Of a stretch of 64,000 nt of DNA, positions 1 to 9,790 are shown piece by piece (positions within the stretch are counted from its first letter, which is position 1; every line of letters begins with the position of its first letter). Under the pieces are notes generated by a model. That model was not told the origin of the DNA, searched no databases, and worked only from the letters and a program-made list of their open reading frames with translations. The stretch is from Patescibacteria group bacterium (lineage in GTDB: Bacteria > Patescibacteriota > JACPGU01). The stretch spans positions 11,628 to 75,627 of the forward strand of contig JAQULF010000002.1 in the NCBI GenBank assembly GCA_028718745.1. The letters are read 5' to 3'. Position numbers and translations under genes: made by a program.

Positions 1-2140
1 CATAAAGCATTTCAATCTCATTGTATAGCTTGAAGAATGTCTTTCTTTTTTCTTCATCTCGAAAATATTCGATCAGATTTCCTGCCAATCTATCATCAAA
101 TGATCCGGTTAATAATTCAAAATAGATTTTCGCATCAACGGTTAATTTTTCAACAAATCTTTTTTTGAGCAGTTCTAGGTCTTTCACTATTGCATTGACC
201 TCATCGCTGTCAAAAGAAAGTGCTTTTTCCAATTTGTCAAAAATTCCTACAAAATCCAGGATGAAACCATTTGGCTTTACCATTTTCATTGCCTCATTTT
301 CATAAGGGCGATTTACTCTTGCGATTGTTTGGAGCAGCGTGTGGTCGCGCATTGGCTTATCTAGATACATACAATAAAGTATCGGTGCGTCATATCCGGT
401 TAAAAGTTTCTCAGTTACGATTAAAATCTTTGGGTTAGTCCCAAACTTTGCAAATTCACGACGAACTGTTTTTTCTTTTTCGTCATCATAAGTAAATTCT
501 TTAAGCAGTTCTGAATCGTTATTATTGCCCGTATAAACTACTTCACTCCACTCTTTTGGTAAATACTTATCCAATTCCTTTTTATAAAGTGCACATGCCT
601 CGCGGTCTACTGCAACCAAAAATGCTTTATAATTCATTGGTTCAATGTGTTCTTTAAAATGTTCCGCCACAAACTTGGCTACCTTTTCTATTCTGCCTTT
701 TCCTTTTAGAAAGTTCCTGGTATTAACTGCTTTCTCCAAAACAGCATTGAGTTCTTCAATATCAGTAATCCCGCTTTCTTCTGCTAGATTAAAAAATTCT
801 CTTTCCAAAGTTTCTTTTGGCACTAACATTTCATTTGGTGCTAATGAATAATAGAGAGGAAGTGTCGTGCCATCCTCGATGCTTTCTGAAATACTATATT
901 TATGTAAATATCCTTTCGCATCATTTACTCCAAAGGTTTTGAATGTTCCTTTCCCATATTGTGCTTTATCAATCGGCGTTCCAGTATAACCAATGAAGGT
1001 TGCATTTGGCAATGCTGCCATAACAAAAGTGCCAAGATCTCCGCCAGTAGTGCGATGTGCTTCATCAATTAAAACAAAAATGTTTTTGCGAGTATTGAGA
1101 TTTGCCGGCAAACCTCTGAATTTATGAATCATAGTAATTACGATACCGCGATAATCTGATTTTAATATCTCAACCAATTCCCCAATGCTCTTTGCTTTGC
1201 GAACATTTTGCAAACCAACCGCCTCAAGGTTTGTTTTCATCTGCCCTTCCAATTCATTGCGATCGAGCATCAAAACAACCGTTGGTTTTTCGGCTTCATC
1301 AGCCTTGAATAAAAGTTCCGCGGTTTTTATCATAGTGTAAGTTTTTCCAGACCCTTGAGTATGCCAAATCAGTCCTCTTGTCGCTTCTTCTTTCAATGCC
1401 CTTGCTAAAACTGCCTCTACGGCATTAGCTTGATGTTCTCGCAAAACAATTTTTGTTAATTCTTCGTCTTTTTCTATAAACATAATATATTTCTCAATCA
1501 TGTTGAGAATATGCTTGGTATCAAAAAATGTTTTAATTTTATTTTCTAGCTCAGCAATTTTGTCGCCTTTCCAAGCAAAGATCCCTCGTTTTGAAGTATT
1601 CCAAGTTACTCCATATTCCAATCGCATTCCCTCGGTAGCCAAAAATAATTGCTCTATCGATAATAATTCCGGGGATTCTCTGTGATAACGACGAATTTGA
1701 TCAAGTGCTTTATCTAATCCCTCGTTAGTTGTTAGATTTTTACATTCTATAAAAGCAATAGGAATCCCATTGATCATGAATACTATATCTTCACGATTAG
1801 TAAATCGGCTATTAGAATATGCGAACTCATCTGTGACTTCAAAAACATTATCGCTTGGGTCTTTATAATCAATCACCAATACATTTTTCTCGCGCTTTTC
1901 TTTTTCATCATAAACGGTTGACTGATTACGAAGGAAATTCAAAAAATCTTTGTTGCCCACAATGTTTGGTCTGAAGTTCGGCGTTTTATAACCCTCTGGC
2001 AATAAGCCATTGAAATAGTATGGATTATCTTTATCAATTCTTTTTTTATCACTCTCTTCTCGTGAAACATAACTCCACCCAATTTCTTGAGCGTATTTTA
2101 TAATTCTTTGTTGCACTGATTTAGATTCTGTTGGTTTCAT
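1..2140 (-). CDS. hsdR: Type I restriction enzyme R subunit (HsdR), partial; 713 N-terminal residues lie in the window and the C-terminus lies beyond the window start
   Basis: Reverse-strand ORF read by eye from an ATG at 2140-2138 (MKPTESKSVQQ...). It is open to position 1 and ends ...KLYNEIEMLY. It has a Walker A motif (HTQGSGKT) and a DEAH box (VLIDEAHR). Its ATG overlaps the upstream gene's stop as ATGA. It is absent from the ORF track because it runs off the window edge. Confidence 0.85.
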   Translation of the reverse strand, partial: MKPTESKSVQQRIIKYAQEIGWSYVSREESDKKRIDKDNPYYFNGLLPEGYKTPNFRPNIVGNKDFLNFLRNQSTVYDEKEKREKNVLVIDYKDPSDNVFEVTDEFAYSNSRFTNREDIVFMINGIPIAFIECKNLTTNEGLDKALDQIRRYHRESPELLSIEQLFLATEGMRLEYGVTWNTSKRGIFAWKGDKIAELENKIKTFFDTKHILNMIEKYIMFIEKDEELTKIVLREHQANAVEAVLARALKEEATRGLIWHTQGSGKTYTMIKTAELLFKADEAEKPTVVLMLDRNELEGQMKTNLEAVGLQNVRKAKSIGELVEILKSDYRGIVITMIHKFRGLPANLNTRKNIFVLIDEAHRTTGGDLGTFVMAALPNATFIGYTGTPIDKAQYGKGTFKTFGVNDAKGYLHKYSISESIEDGTTLPLYYSLAPNEMLVPKETLEREFFNLAEESGITDIEELNAVLEKAVNTRNFLKGKGRIEKVAKFVAEHFKEHIEPMNYKAFLVAVDREACALYKKELDKYLPKEWSEVVYTGNNNDSELLKEFTYDDEKEKTVRREFAKFGTNPKILIVTEKLLTGYDAPILYCMYLDKPMRDHTLLQTIARVNRPYENEAMKMVKPNGFILDFVGIFDKLEKALSFDSDEVNAIVKDLELLKKRFVEKLTVDAKIYFELLTGSFDDRLAGNLIEYFRDEEKRKTFFKLYNEIEMLY

Positions 2141-2871
2141 AATCGTCTTTCTAATAATTTTTTCTGATCTTCTCGTATAACTGGCAAGGAAGATTCATCT
2201 AATCCAAAAAATTTAAACAAATACATCGTTCCTTTTTCTGCAAATTCTAGGTATTTATCTTCTAGCTCATTAGTAGAATATATTTTGTTTATAACTGTAA
2301 TTTCATTTGTAGTAGCACTGTAATTTCCATAAAAAGGAACTCTTGATTGATCTATATTTTGAATTTTTCTGTTGTTTATATTATTCAATGATATATTTAG
2401 CTTTATTCTCCCTTCATACTTTTTGAGTTTAGAAATATTTGTAATAAATTTAAACATTTCGGTTAAGGTAAGTGTTGTCCCTGTAAAATTTAATATACTC
2501 ATCGGTTCAATTTTTCTAAGATAACTGTCTTGCTCAAACCAATCACTTTCTTTGAGCCAATCTTCACGCAACCCAAAAAGATGAATGAACTGCCCGGATT
2601 GAAAAAATGTCCAGCTTTCTATCAAATGATTGTAATCAGTAAAAGCATCAACCCTATCACTTTTAATACAAATCTCTTCGTTATCGTTATTTGTTTGTGG
2701 CAAATGTGGGTAACTCCAACCTCTTAGTCCTATCTTGTTTTGCTCAATAATATTTACAACATCTGCGGGATGATCAAAGAAGTTGCTTATCGGTTTAATT
2801 GGTTCTATTACTAATTTCCAATAACCCCTCGTTTTAATTTTTTTTATAACATCGTTTAGGTTTTTATTCAT
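2137..2871 (-). CDS. Hypothetical protein (gene Z) embedded between hsdS and hsdR; no recognisable motif
   Basis: 244-aa ORF. Its start overlaps the stop of the upstream AlbA_2-like gene by 8 nt, and its stop overlaps the hsdR start as ATGA. Position inside the R-M operon suggests a defence-associated role. Confidence 0.5.
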   Translation of the reverse strand: MNKNLNDVIKKIKTRGYWKLVIEPIKPISNFFDHPADVVNIIEQNKIGLRGWSYPHLPQTNNDNEEICIKSDRVDAFTDYNHLIESWTFFQSGQFIHLFGLREDWLKESDWFEQDSYLRKIEPMSILNFTGTTLTLTEMFKFITNISKLKKYEGRIKLNISLNNINNRKIQNIDQSRVPFYGNYSATTNEITVINKIYSTNELEDKYLEFAEKGTMYLFKFFGLDESSLPVIREDQKKLLERRL

Positions 2872-3523
2872 AATCAGACCTTTCTTCTTTAAGTTTTACT
2901 ACTAAGGAATCTAATTTTACATACCCTCTAATTTTCAAGTCTTGTTTGTATTTGTCGGCAGCAAGTTGAATAATTTCTTCTAATTCTTTGACCCCACATT
3001 TACGACTAGACCATTGAGCCTTATAGGTTCTTGAATATATTGTATCTTGTTTTAATAAAAAATCCTTTATTCCAGAGTCTTCTCTTGTTTTACCGTTAGC
3101 AATACACATTATTGGCATAATAGAAAATTCATCCACATTTATCAAAATGAATTTACGCATTTTCCATGGATCACCGCATTCAATTTCTCCCCATGTAATT
3201 TCAAACTCGGGAGTAATAGAGCAATATCTATGAATATCTTTTTCTATTTCTTCATAATTTTTATTAAACCAATCAAAAACTTTGTCATTGATACCAACTA
3301 TAGAATATTTTTCTTTGGTTGATTTCTTATTTACCTCTATGCCAATAATAATTGCACCACCCCCAAATGTGTTGCTCATAGCAATTACTGCTTTTATAGT
3401 TTCTTCTTTGATCTTTTTGCTTTCTTCTGCACACCACATAAATGGGGGTTTAAACTCTAAGTTTCTGCCCTCTTCTCTTCCAATTAAGTAGCCTGATAAT
3501 TCTTGTTCGTCTATTTTTCTCAT
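2864..3523 (-). CDS. AlbA_2 / Schlafen-like (PF04326-type 'divergent AAA / putative DNA-binding') domain protein (gene Y) embedded in the hsd operon
   Basis: 219 aa. The N-terminal stretch 'EGRNLEFKPP...IKAVIAMSNTFGGGAIIIGIEVN' matches the hallmark E..xEFK plus aiaaFaNt.GG.iiiGv pattern of AlbA_2 domains. It shares 4 nt with the hsdS stop. Confidence 0.6.
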   Translation of the reverse strand: MRKIDEQELSGYLIGREEGRNLEFKPPFMWCAEESKKIKEETIKAVIAMSNTFGGGAIIIGIEVNKKSTKEKYSIVGINDKVFDWFNKNYEEIEKDIHRYCSITPEFEITWGEIECGDPWKMRKFILINVDEFSIMPIMCIANGKTREDSGIKDFLLKQDTIYSRTYKAQWSSRKCGVKELEEIIQLAADKYKQDLKIRGYVKLDSLVVKLKEERSDYE

Positions 3524-4773
3524 CTTATTCTCCTCTCCCCACTCATCAACTCATGAAGTAGGGTTTTGAAAAGGCTTTGACGATTTAATAATTTTTGTTG
3601 GGTTGATTCAATTTTTTGATCAATAGCTTGCAGCGCTGCAGAAATAATATTTTGCTCTTCAATTTTGGGAAGTGGTATTTCAAACATTTGGAGCTTGGAT
3701 TTTGACAAATTCGGGATTGTTGTATTATTTGCTCTACCAAGATAAACATCCGTATTATTTAGAGCATAATCCAACCAATATAATAAGAATAAACTGGAAA
3801 TTTTTTGACCTACTCTTACTCTATGTAAATGATTTTGATAATAACAATCTTGCATCTCATCCCTCCACATCGCCGTTCTTCCTACATCGCCACCCTCACA
3901 AATTAAAAGGTCACCATAATTTAGATGATATTTTTCTTCTTCTTTCTTAGAAAAGTTCATTTCATCTAATTCAGATAAATCAATTTTATTCCAAAAAACA
4001 TTTGCTGTTCGTAAAAATGGTTTTTGATTTTCTCCTATCCTATTCTTCTTTGAAACTTGTTTACCTTGCTGAATTTCTGAAAGCCTTCCCAATTCTACTA
4101 CCTCCCAACCCTCTGGAATCTCGCCAATTTCGGTCATTTTTGTTGGTTCATTTTTTGTGCCGTGGATAAAAAAATGATTCATCATGCTTCGCTTCAAATC
4201 TTTCAATTTTTCAATCAATTTCTCCTGCCCCTCAATCGCCCCTTGCACAGTTGAGAGAGCATGGACAATAGATTTTTGTTCGGAGAGAGAGGGAACTAAA
4301 ACTTCTATATTTTCAAAATTGTTTTTATTTAATATTGGTAAGGTTACTTTTGCAGCTTTACTTTCTAATACAGGTTTTTGATATTTCAAAAGATAATAAA
4401 CAAAGTTAGGGTCATTATTTTCATTACACTGAACAGCATTTATTTGTTGATTAAAAGCACTCACATCGTCTGTGGTCATACCAATTTTACCAACATTCCC
4501 AATACAACCAACTAGAATAGAATTTGCCGGCACTTTTCTTGCAACACCCAGTCCTTCATCAGTTAAAAGCTTGTGAGATGTAAAAATATATTTTGATTCG
4601 GTTAGATCTGCTGGAGAAATTAATTTATATTCTCCGCCATAGAATAATGGTTGGCTAGTGCTTGGAGTTGAGCCAGTAGAAACAAGACCAAGATCTTTGA
4701 TTTTTTTAATTTCCCATTCTTGATTTTTTATTTCTTGTGTTGGCATATTACGACTTCTTTGATAATAACTCAT
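3520..4773 (-). CDS. hsdS: Type I restriction-modification specificity subunit HsdS (two target-recognition domains)
   Basis: 417 aa with duplicated TRD-like halves and conserved C-terminal coiled region (...LHELMSGERRIR). Lies between hsdM and hsdR in an operon context. Confidence 0.8.
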   Translation of the reverse strand: MSYYQRSRNMPTQEIKNQEWEIKKIKDLGLVSTGSTPSTSQPLFYGGEYKLISPADLTESKYIFTSHKLLTDEGLGVARKVPANSILVGCIGNVGKIGMTTDDVSAFNQQINAVQCNENNDPNFVYYLLKYQKPVLESKAAKVTLPILNKNNFENIEVLVPSLSEQKSIVHALSTVQGAIEGQEKLIEKLKDLKRSMMNHFFIHGTKNEPTKMTEIGEIPEGWEVVELGRLSEIQQGKQVSKKNRIGENQKPFLRTANVFWNKIDLSELDEMNFSKKEEEKYHLNYGDLLICEGGDVGRTAMWRDEMQDCYYQNHLHRVRVGQKISSLFLLYWLDYALNNTDVYLGRANNTTIPNLSKSKLQMFEIPLPKIEEQNIISAALQAIDQKIESTQQKLLNRQSLFKTLLHELMSGERRIR

Positions 4774-5332
4774 TTGCCCTATTATTCATCTCGTCTATAT
4801 ATTTTTTTATTCGCTCCATTTGATCTTCATCAAATGAACACTCATTGCTTTCAAAAACCAGAAAGCTTGCTATTTCTAACCCTGGATTTATTATTTCTAC
4901 AATATATCCCTTACTAATAGACCATCCTTTTCTCGGGGTATAATGGACAAACGCATTTCTTAATCTATTATTAAGATGATCCTTCATTGTTTCGATATGA
5001 TATGGTTTGGCGATAAAAGGCTTGCTGTTTACAAAACTATTCATTTTATCCTTATCCTGAATGTAGTCTATCGCCTCACTGAAATTTAATAACTTATTCT
5101 TTTTGTTATTGATATCAACTAAACCATCCGAACCACAAATTATCGGAGTTCTCCAAACACCTGACCCATCGGTTTTTGCTAAAGCAAGAAGCATCAGATT
5201 ATGCAAGGCATGATGAAATGAAATAATAAGCCATTTGAAATTCATATCATTATTGTCTGATTCTATCAGGCAATCTCTCGCCATTCTTAAAGAATCTATT
5301 ATGTTTTCCTTTTCATCAATTCTTAACCACAT
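4748..5332 (-). CDS. Hypothetical protein (gene X) inserted between hsdM and hsdS
   Basis: 194-aa ORF. Its 3' end overlaps the hsdS start by 26 nt and it lies 30 nt downstream of the hsdM stop. No motif recognised. Confidence 0.45.
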   Translation of the reverse strand: MWLRIDEKENIIDSLRMARDCLIESDNNDMNFKWLIISFHHALHNLMLLALAKTDGSGVWRTPIICGSDGLVDINNKKNKLLNFSEAIDYIQDKDKMNSFVNSKPFIAKPYHIETMKDHLNNRLRNAFVHYTPRKGWSISKGYIVEIINPGLEIASFLVFESNECSFDEDQMERIKKYIDEMNNRANELLSKKS

Positions 5333-5362
5333 TATGTTTTCAATTTAATTTTATGGTGATTT

Positions 5363-6913
5363 TTAAAAACCTAATTCCTTTAAAACTTTTTTGAGATTTT
5401 TGTCTGCTTCTTCCGCTTTTACTTCAACATCTTTGAGCTCTATGAGAATATCCTCAACTGAAACATATTCCTCTACTCCGCCAAGGTGAATATAGCGACT
5501 TGGAGAGATATTATAATCATCTTTTTCAACATCTTTTTTTCCTATAAAAATACTAAAATTCTCAATCTCTTTTTTATTATTGTAAGTATCTACAATTTTT
5601 TTAACCTGCTCATCATTAATATAATTTTTCGGGTCGCCTTTAATAAATTCATGACTGGCATTAATAAGGAATATTCTTTCTTTTAATTCTTTTGGTTTAT
5701 TTTTATTTAGGAAAATAATTATTCCCGGTGCGGTTGTGTTATAAAAAAGATTTTCTGGCAAATATAAAACTCCTTCAATATAATCATGCTCAATAAACCA
5801 CTTGCGAACATCTTTCTCTTTATTTGTATTGGCATTGCCACTGCCACGAGAAGCAGCACCGGTATCTAAAACAATTGCAGCACGACCATTATCCTTTAAG
5901 CTTGAGAAAATGTGTTGTGCCCAACCCCAGTCGGCTTTACCGCCCGGATTACCGGCAGGGAAACGATTGTAAGTATCATTATTATAGATTTCTTCATTGA
6001 AACCAGGTTGATTCCACATCGGATTGGCAACGATGCGGTCAAACTTTTTTATTCCGTGTCCGCTTGCATCTTTAAATTTCGGATTGTTAAAAGTATCTCC
6101 CAATTCAATATCGCCCTCCATATCATGAATAATCATATTCATTTTCGCCATTGCCCAGCTTGGTGTCATACTTTCTTGACCATAAAGACGAAGTGGTGCA
6201 AAAACTTTATTACCCATTTTCTCTTTAAGAACTAATTCATTTTTTATGAGAAGTCCCGCAGAACCGCAAGTCGGATCATATACTTCCATTCCTGGTTCAG
6301 CATTCATAATATAAGCCATAATCATACCAACTTCGCGAGGCGTGTAGAATTCTCCCGCACTCTGTCCCGATCCTTCAGCAAATTTACGAATTAGATACTC
6401 ATAGCTTCGCCCAATAATGTCTGGCTCAACATCATTCAGTCCTAATCTTTTTTGACTAATTGCCTCAATAAGATTTGAAAGTCGGTCATCATCAATTTCT
6501 CGCTGCCCTCTAGTTGTAGCATTATAATCAATCGTATCAATTACACCGTCAAGTAGAGGGTTGTGCGAAGCAATCTCGCGGATTGTTTTGGTTAAATTTT
6601 CACCAATATTGGAAGAAAAAGAACGAATTACACTCCACGTATCTTCGTTTTCTGGATCTTTGGGCACGAGAGGAATAAAAAATCGAACCCTATCTCTTTG
6701 CACACCAATTCTTTTAAATGCTTCTGTCCGAGAACCAACTGACTTGGCTATTTTATTTACTTCATCATCAAAAACATCACAAAGTCGTTTCACAAAAATA
6801 AGCGGCAGAATATAATCCTTAAATTTCCCCGCATCTTTTGCGCCGCGTATCGCACAAGCAGCATCCCAGATCCATTGTTCAAGTGATTTGTTGTTTTGAA
6901 TTTCTTTTGGCAT
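5363..6913 (-). CDS. hsdM: Type I restriction-modification N6-adenine DNA methyltransferase HsdM
   Basis: 516 aa. Has an N-terminal HsdM_N region, SAM motif I 'VYDPTCGSAGLL' and catalytic 'IVANPMWNQ' (NPPW-type). Confidence 0.9.
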   Translation of the reverse strand: MPKEIQNNKSLEQWIWDAACAIRGAKDAGKFKDYILPLIFVKRLCDVFDDEVNKIAKSVGSRTEAFKRIGVQRDRVRFFIPLVPKDPENEDTWSVIRSFSSNIGENLTKTIREIASHNPLLDGVIDTIDYNATTRGQREIDDDRLSNLIEAISQKRLGLNDVEPDIIGRSYEYLIRKFAEGSGQSAGEFYTPREVGMIMAYIMNAEPGMEVYDPTCGSAGLLIKNELVLKEKMGNKVFAPLRLYGQESMTPSWAMAKMNMIIHDMEGDIELGDTFNNPKFKDASGHGIKKFDRIVANPMWNQPGFNEEIYNNDTYNRFPAGNPGGKADWGWAQHIFSSLKDNGRAAIVLDTGAASRGSGNANTNKEKDVRKWFIEHDYIEGVLYLPENLFYNTTAPGIIIFLNKNKPKELKERIFLINASHEFIKGDPKNYINDEQVKKIVDTYNNKKEIENFSIFIGKKDVEKDDYNISPSRYIHLGGVEEYVSVEDILIELKDVEVKAEEADKNLKKVLKELGF

Positions 6914-7027
6914 AAACTAATTTATTTTTCTTATTCTACCACAAAAAACACTAAAATTCAATCATAAAAAGGGGTCTTAACCCCCTCTTTTTGACTGACA
7001 CCAATATATTTTAGTTATCACCTTCAA

Positions 7028-7465
7028 TTATTGTGTGTCCTTAAGTGATAGTGGCATATTCTCTATAATTTTATCAGTAGAGGGTCTGTATAAAATGGCT
7101 TTTTTTGCTTTTGTATAGATTAACGCCTTGTCGCCGTCTTGAGCATTAGCAAAGAATGGTTGACCGGCTAATTCGGTATGATCAGTAACCGTAGCTACCG
7201 AAGGAGTTTCATCAGGTAGATCCATAAGCCTGCCAACCAATATGGTCAGATTATCTTGCTCTGCTTTAGCTGCTGCTTCAGGATCTTGCATATCGTTATA
7301 AACCTCATTTTGGAATTGTTTTAATAGCGATTGCGATTGTTGCGCTTTCTCTCTATTTTCTTTCACGATAGGCATATAAACCAAAGCGAATACTACAGAT
7401 AGAGTAACAAGCAACGCACAGACTGCTCCCCCAAGGATTAGGATAGTTTTTAGTTTTTTATTCAT
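7028..7465 (-). CDS. Membrane-anchored hypothetical protein (N-terminal TM helix)
   Basis: 145-aa ORF. Hydrophobic N-terminus ILILGGAVCALLVTLSVVFALVYMP. Confidence 0.45.
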   Translation of the reverse strand: MNKKLKTILILGGAVCALLVTLSVVFALVYMPIVKENREKAQQSQSLLKQFQNEVYNDMQDPEAAAKAEQDNLTILVGRLMDLPDETPSVATVTDHTELAGQPFFANAQDGDKALIYTKAKKAILYRPSTDKIIENMPLSLKDTQ

Positions 7466-7499
7466 AGTTTTTAATTACTTACATTTTTCATTTTTGTTT

Positions 7500-7736
7500 T
7501 TAGTGGATGTTCGCCATTATGAGCCCACCCACAAATCCTATTATTGCCAATCCTACTATGACTCCGATGATTACTAATATCACTCCGCAACATCCATTCA
7601 TTGATTGCAGGAACATCCCTTCTTTTGCCACCACTTCAATTTTTTTCTCAGTCGTTTTATTAAGATCTGTATGACAGTGTTTGCATATAACTGCCTCATC
7701 TTTAACTTCTTCGGCACAATGAGGACACTTCTTCAT
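7500..7736 (-). CDS. Small zinc-ribbon membrane protein
   Basis: 78 aa. Has CPHC...CKHC (C4 zinc ribbon) followed by a C-terminal TM helix. A strong RBS (aaaggagg) lies upstream on the minus strand. Confidence 0.5.
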   Translation of the reverse strand: MKKCPHCAEEVKDEAVICKHCHTDLNKTTEKKIEVVAKEGMFLQSMNGCCGVILVIIGVIVGLAIIGFVGGLIMANIH

Positions 7737-8036
7737 AAAACCTCCTTTCTAAATTGGTTACTTAAATTTATTAAACAAAAAGCCCACTACTAGGAAGATC
7801 TTGCGACCTCTATGGCAGTTTCCCGCCACAACGTTACACACGCCCTAATAATGGGTTTTTTGTGTGTAACGGTTTATAACCATACCTTAAATTTCTTTAA
7901 GGGTTAGGCTAACTAAATTGTTGACCATATTATACCTAAAATTTATACGTAAGGCAAATTAAAAATATCTCCGCTACCTGTAGAGCCAAACCGTTTTGTG
8001 GTAGCTTTAGTGACAATAAATTATTATGTTTCCCTG

Positions 8037-8651
8037 CTATTTATAAGAGTGCTTCTTCTTTCCGGAGAGTTTAGTTTTGGCTGTTCTGGCATGTCTAACA
8101 TCCTTTTGGATTTTAGTAAGTAGTTGATTTAATTTCTTGTTATGTTCTACCATCGAATCATCATGTGGCACATTAAGGTTTTGATTGATTGAAATCACTT
8201 CGCCCAATTCTGTTTTTTCTTTTTCGAGGATCCACGTCAGCTCTCTTACGCTTGGTTCTACTTCCACTTCAACAATCATTGGTGTTTTGTCGCTGGTTTC
8301 CGAGCCGTCCGGATTCTTTTGTTTCACCGTTTTATAAATTACCTTTTTTACTTTTCTGGGATGTTTGCGCGCTTCCAATATCCTTAGCGTTTCCAACTTG
8401 CCTTCTTTTAATTCAATGTTTACCTTCTTAGCTTCCTTTTCGATCAATCTCTTTTTGTCCTCTTCAATCTTAGTGCGTATCTCGTGTCTATCTCGTTCCC
8501 ATTTATTTGTATGCTCTCTCGTATTTTTCGTGTCAGCTGTCGTCTTTTCCCATCCCTTAACATCTTTGAGCCACTGGTAAGGACTCTTTTCACTTTGATC
8601 CTCAAGATATTCTAATTTTAATTGATACCAATTTATTGTAGATTTCCCCAT
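8037..8651 (-). CDS. Hypothetical highly charged (K/E-rich) protein
   Basis: 204-aa ORF rich in charged coiled-coil-like sequence. Flavour is phage or mobile element, with no specific motif. Confidence 0.4.
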   Translation of the reverse strand: MGKSTINWYQLKLEYLEDQSEKSPYQWLKDVKGWEKTTADTKNTREHTNKWERDRHEIRTKIEEDKKRLIEKEAKKVNIELKEGKLETLRILEARKHPRKVKKVIYKTVKQKNPDGSETSDKTPMIVEVEVEPSVRELTWILEKEKTELGEVISINQNLNVPHDDSMVEHNKKLNQLLTKIQKDVRHARTAKTKLSGKKKHSYK

Positions 8652-8705
8652 ATTAGATCCTCACTGTTTATTTTATTTTTTATATTTTTAAAATTATAAA
8701 AACGA

Positions 8706-9206
8706 TTATTTTAATAAATTTGACATATCCATTTTCTTTATTAAATTTTCTTTATTTTTATTTATAGTTTCTTTAGATAAATAATTTGAGGTTTGAACAG
8801 TATCTTTTTGTTCATTATTCTGAACATTAAGTTCATTTGGCTGAACAATCTGTTCACTATCCCGAACTCTTTGTTCAATTTCCCGAACTTTTTTATGATG
8901 CTGTTTAGCGTTTTTCCACAAGTATTTTTCAAAATTTATAACCTTTATTTCCCTCCTTGCTTTTTGGATATAGCCTTTTTTAACCAAGCTATTTACTACT
9001 CCGCAAAGCTTGCTTTTTTTCCAACCGATTTCGCCTCCGATTTCCTCGTAAGACATTTTCACTAACCCATAATTCTTATGACTTATACCCCAGTCTGTCA
9101 TCATCAACAGAAAATACTTTAATCGCATCTCTGAGTCAGAAAGATGTCGGTCTAATTCAATATCTTCTCTATGCATAGCTAAAAATCCTGCTTTTTTCAT
9201 CGTCAT
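8706..9206 (-). CDS. Putative winged-helix DNA-binding protein
   Basis: 166 aa. wHTH-like segment 'SYEEIGGEIGWKKSKLCGVVNSLVKKGYIQK'. Typical of replication or regulatory proteins of small mobile elements. Confidence 0.4.
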   Translation of the reverse strand: MTMKKAGFLAMHREDIELDRHLSDSEMRLKYFLLMMTDWGISHKNYGLVKMSYEEIGGEIGWKKSKLCGVVNSLVKKGYIQKARREIKVINFEKYLWKNAKQHHKKVREIEQRVRDSEQIVQPNELNVQNNEQKDTVQTSNYLSKETINKNKENLIKKMDMSNLLK

Positions 9207-9252
9207 TTAATATTTATATAATCTGAATTTCTTTGAAACCTAATCTATTTTT

Positions 9253-9492
9253 TTATCTTTCGTAAATTTGTGTTTTGATTTCCTTTAGATAACTAAAAAA
9301 AGCTATCGGCTCAACACTCAACTTGTGTGACCAATAGTCCTTGATCAGATTATCCAATGCTTCATCTTTTCGTATGCAAAATATAGCTCTTGGCGAGGTT
9401 GTTTTTTCTATTTCTTCAATTCGATAATTATAACAACACAATACCGCGCATAATGCTAAATCCGATGTCTTAAACAATTCGTAGTGTTTCAT
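9253..9492 (-). CDS. Small hypothetical protein, DUF5659-like
   Basis: 79 aa. 'FKTSDLALCAVLCCYNYRIEEIEK...RAIFCI' resembles the short phage-associated DUF5659 family. Assignment is from memory, not a search. Confidence 0.35.
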   Translation of the reverse strand: MKHYELFKTSDLALCAVLCCYNYRIEEIEKTTSPRAIFCIRKDEALDNLIKDYWSHKLSVEPIAFFSYLKEIKTQIYER

Positions 9493-9519
9493 TGTAATTT
9501 ATAATTTTTATTAATTTTT

Positions 9520-9705
9520 TTAGCCGGACAAACATTTTTCCGTGAAAACTGATTTCAATTCAGCTGCTTTGTGTTTTGTTGTTTTGATATTTTTATTGCT
9601 ATTTTTTTCTTCGCTCTGCAAAAAATTAACAAGTATTTCAGATAATTGATCTGAAATCTTTCCTTTTTGCTCCTTAGTTAATTTTATATTTTTCTTGTTT
9701 GCCAT
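9520..9705 (-). CDS. Small hypothetical basic protein
   Basis: 61-aa ORF, co-directional with its neighbours. Confidence 0.25.
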   Translation of the reverse strand: MANKKNIKLTKEQKGKISDQLSEILVNFLQSEEKNSNKNIKTTKHKAAELKSVFTEKCLSG

Positions 9706-9790
9706 AGAAATAAAAATATTGTAGACTTCCTATTCTACAATATTCCTTTTTTCTATCGGCGGTTATACTTCTAAGAGACGCTTAAGTGTT

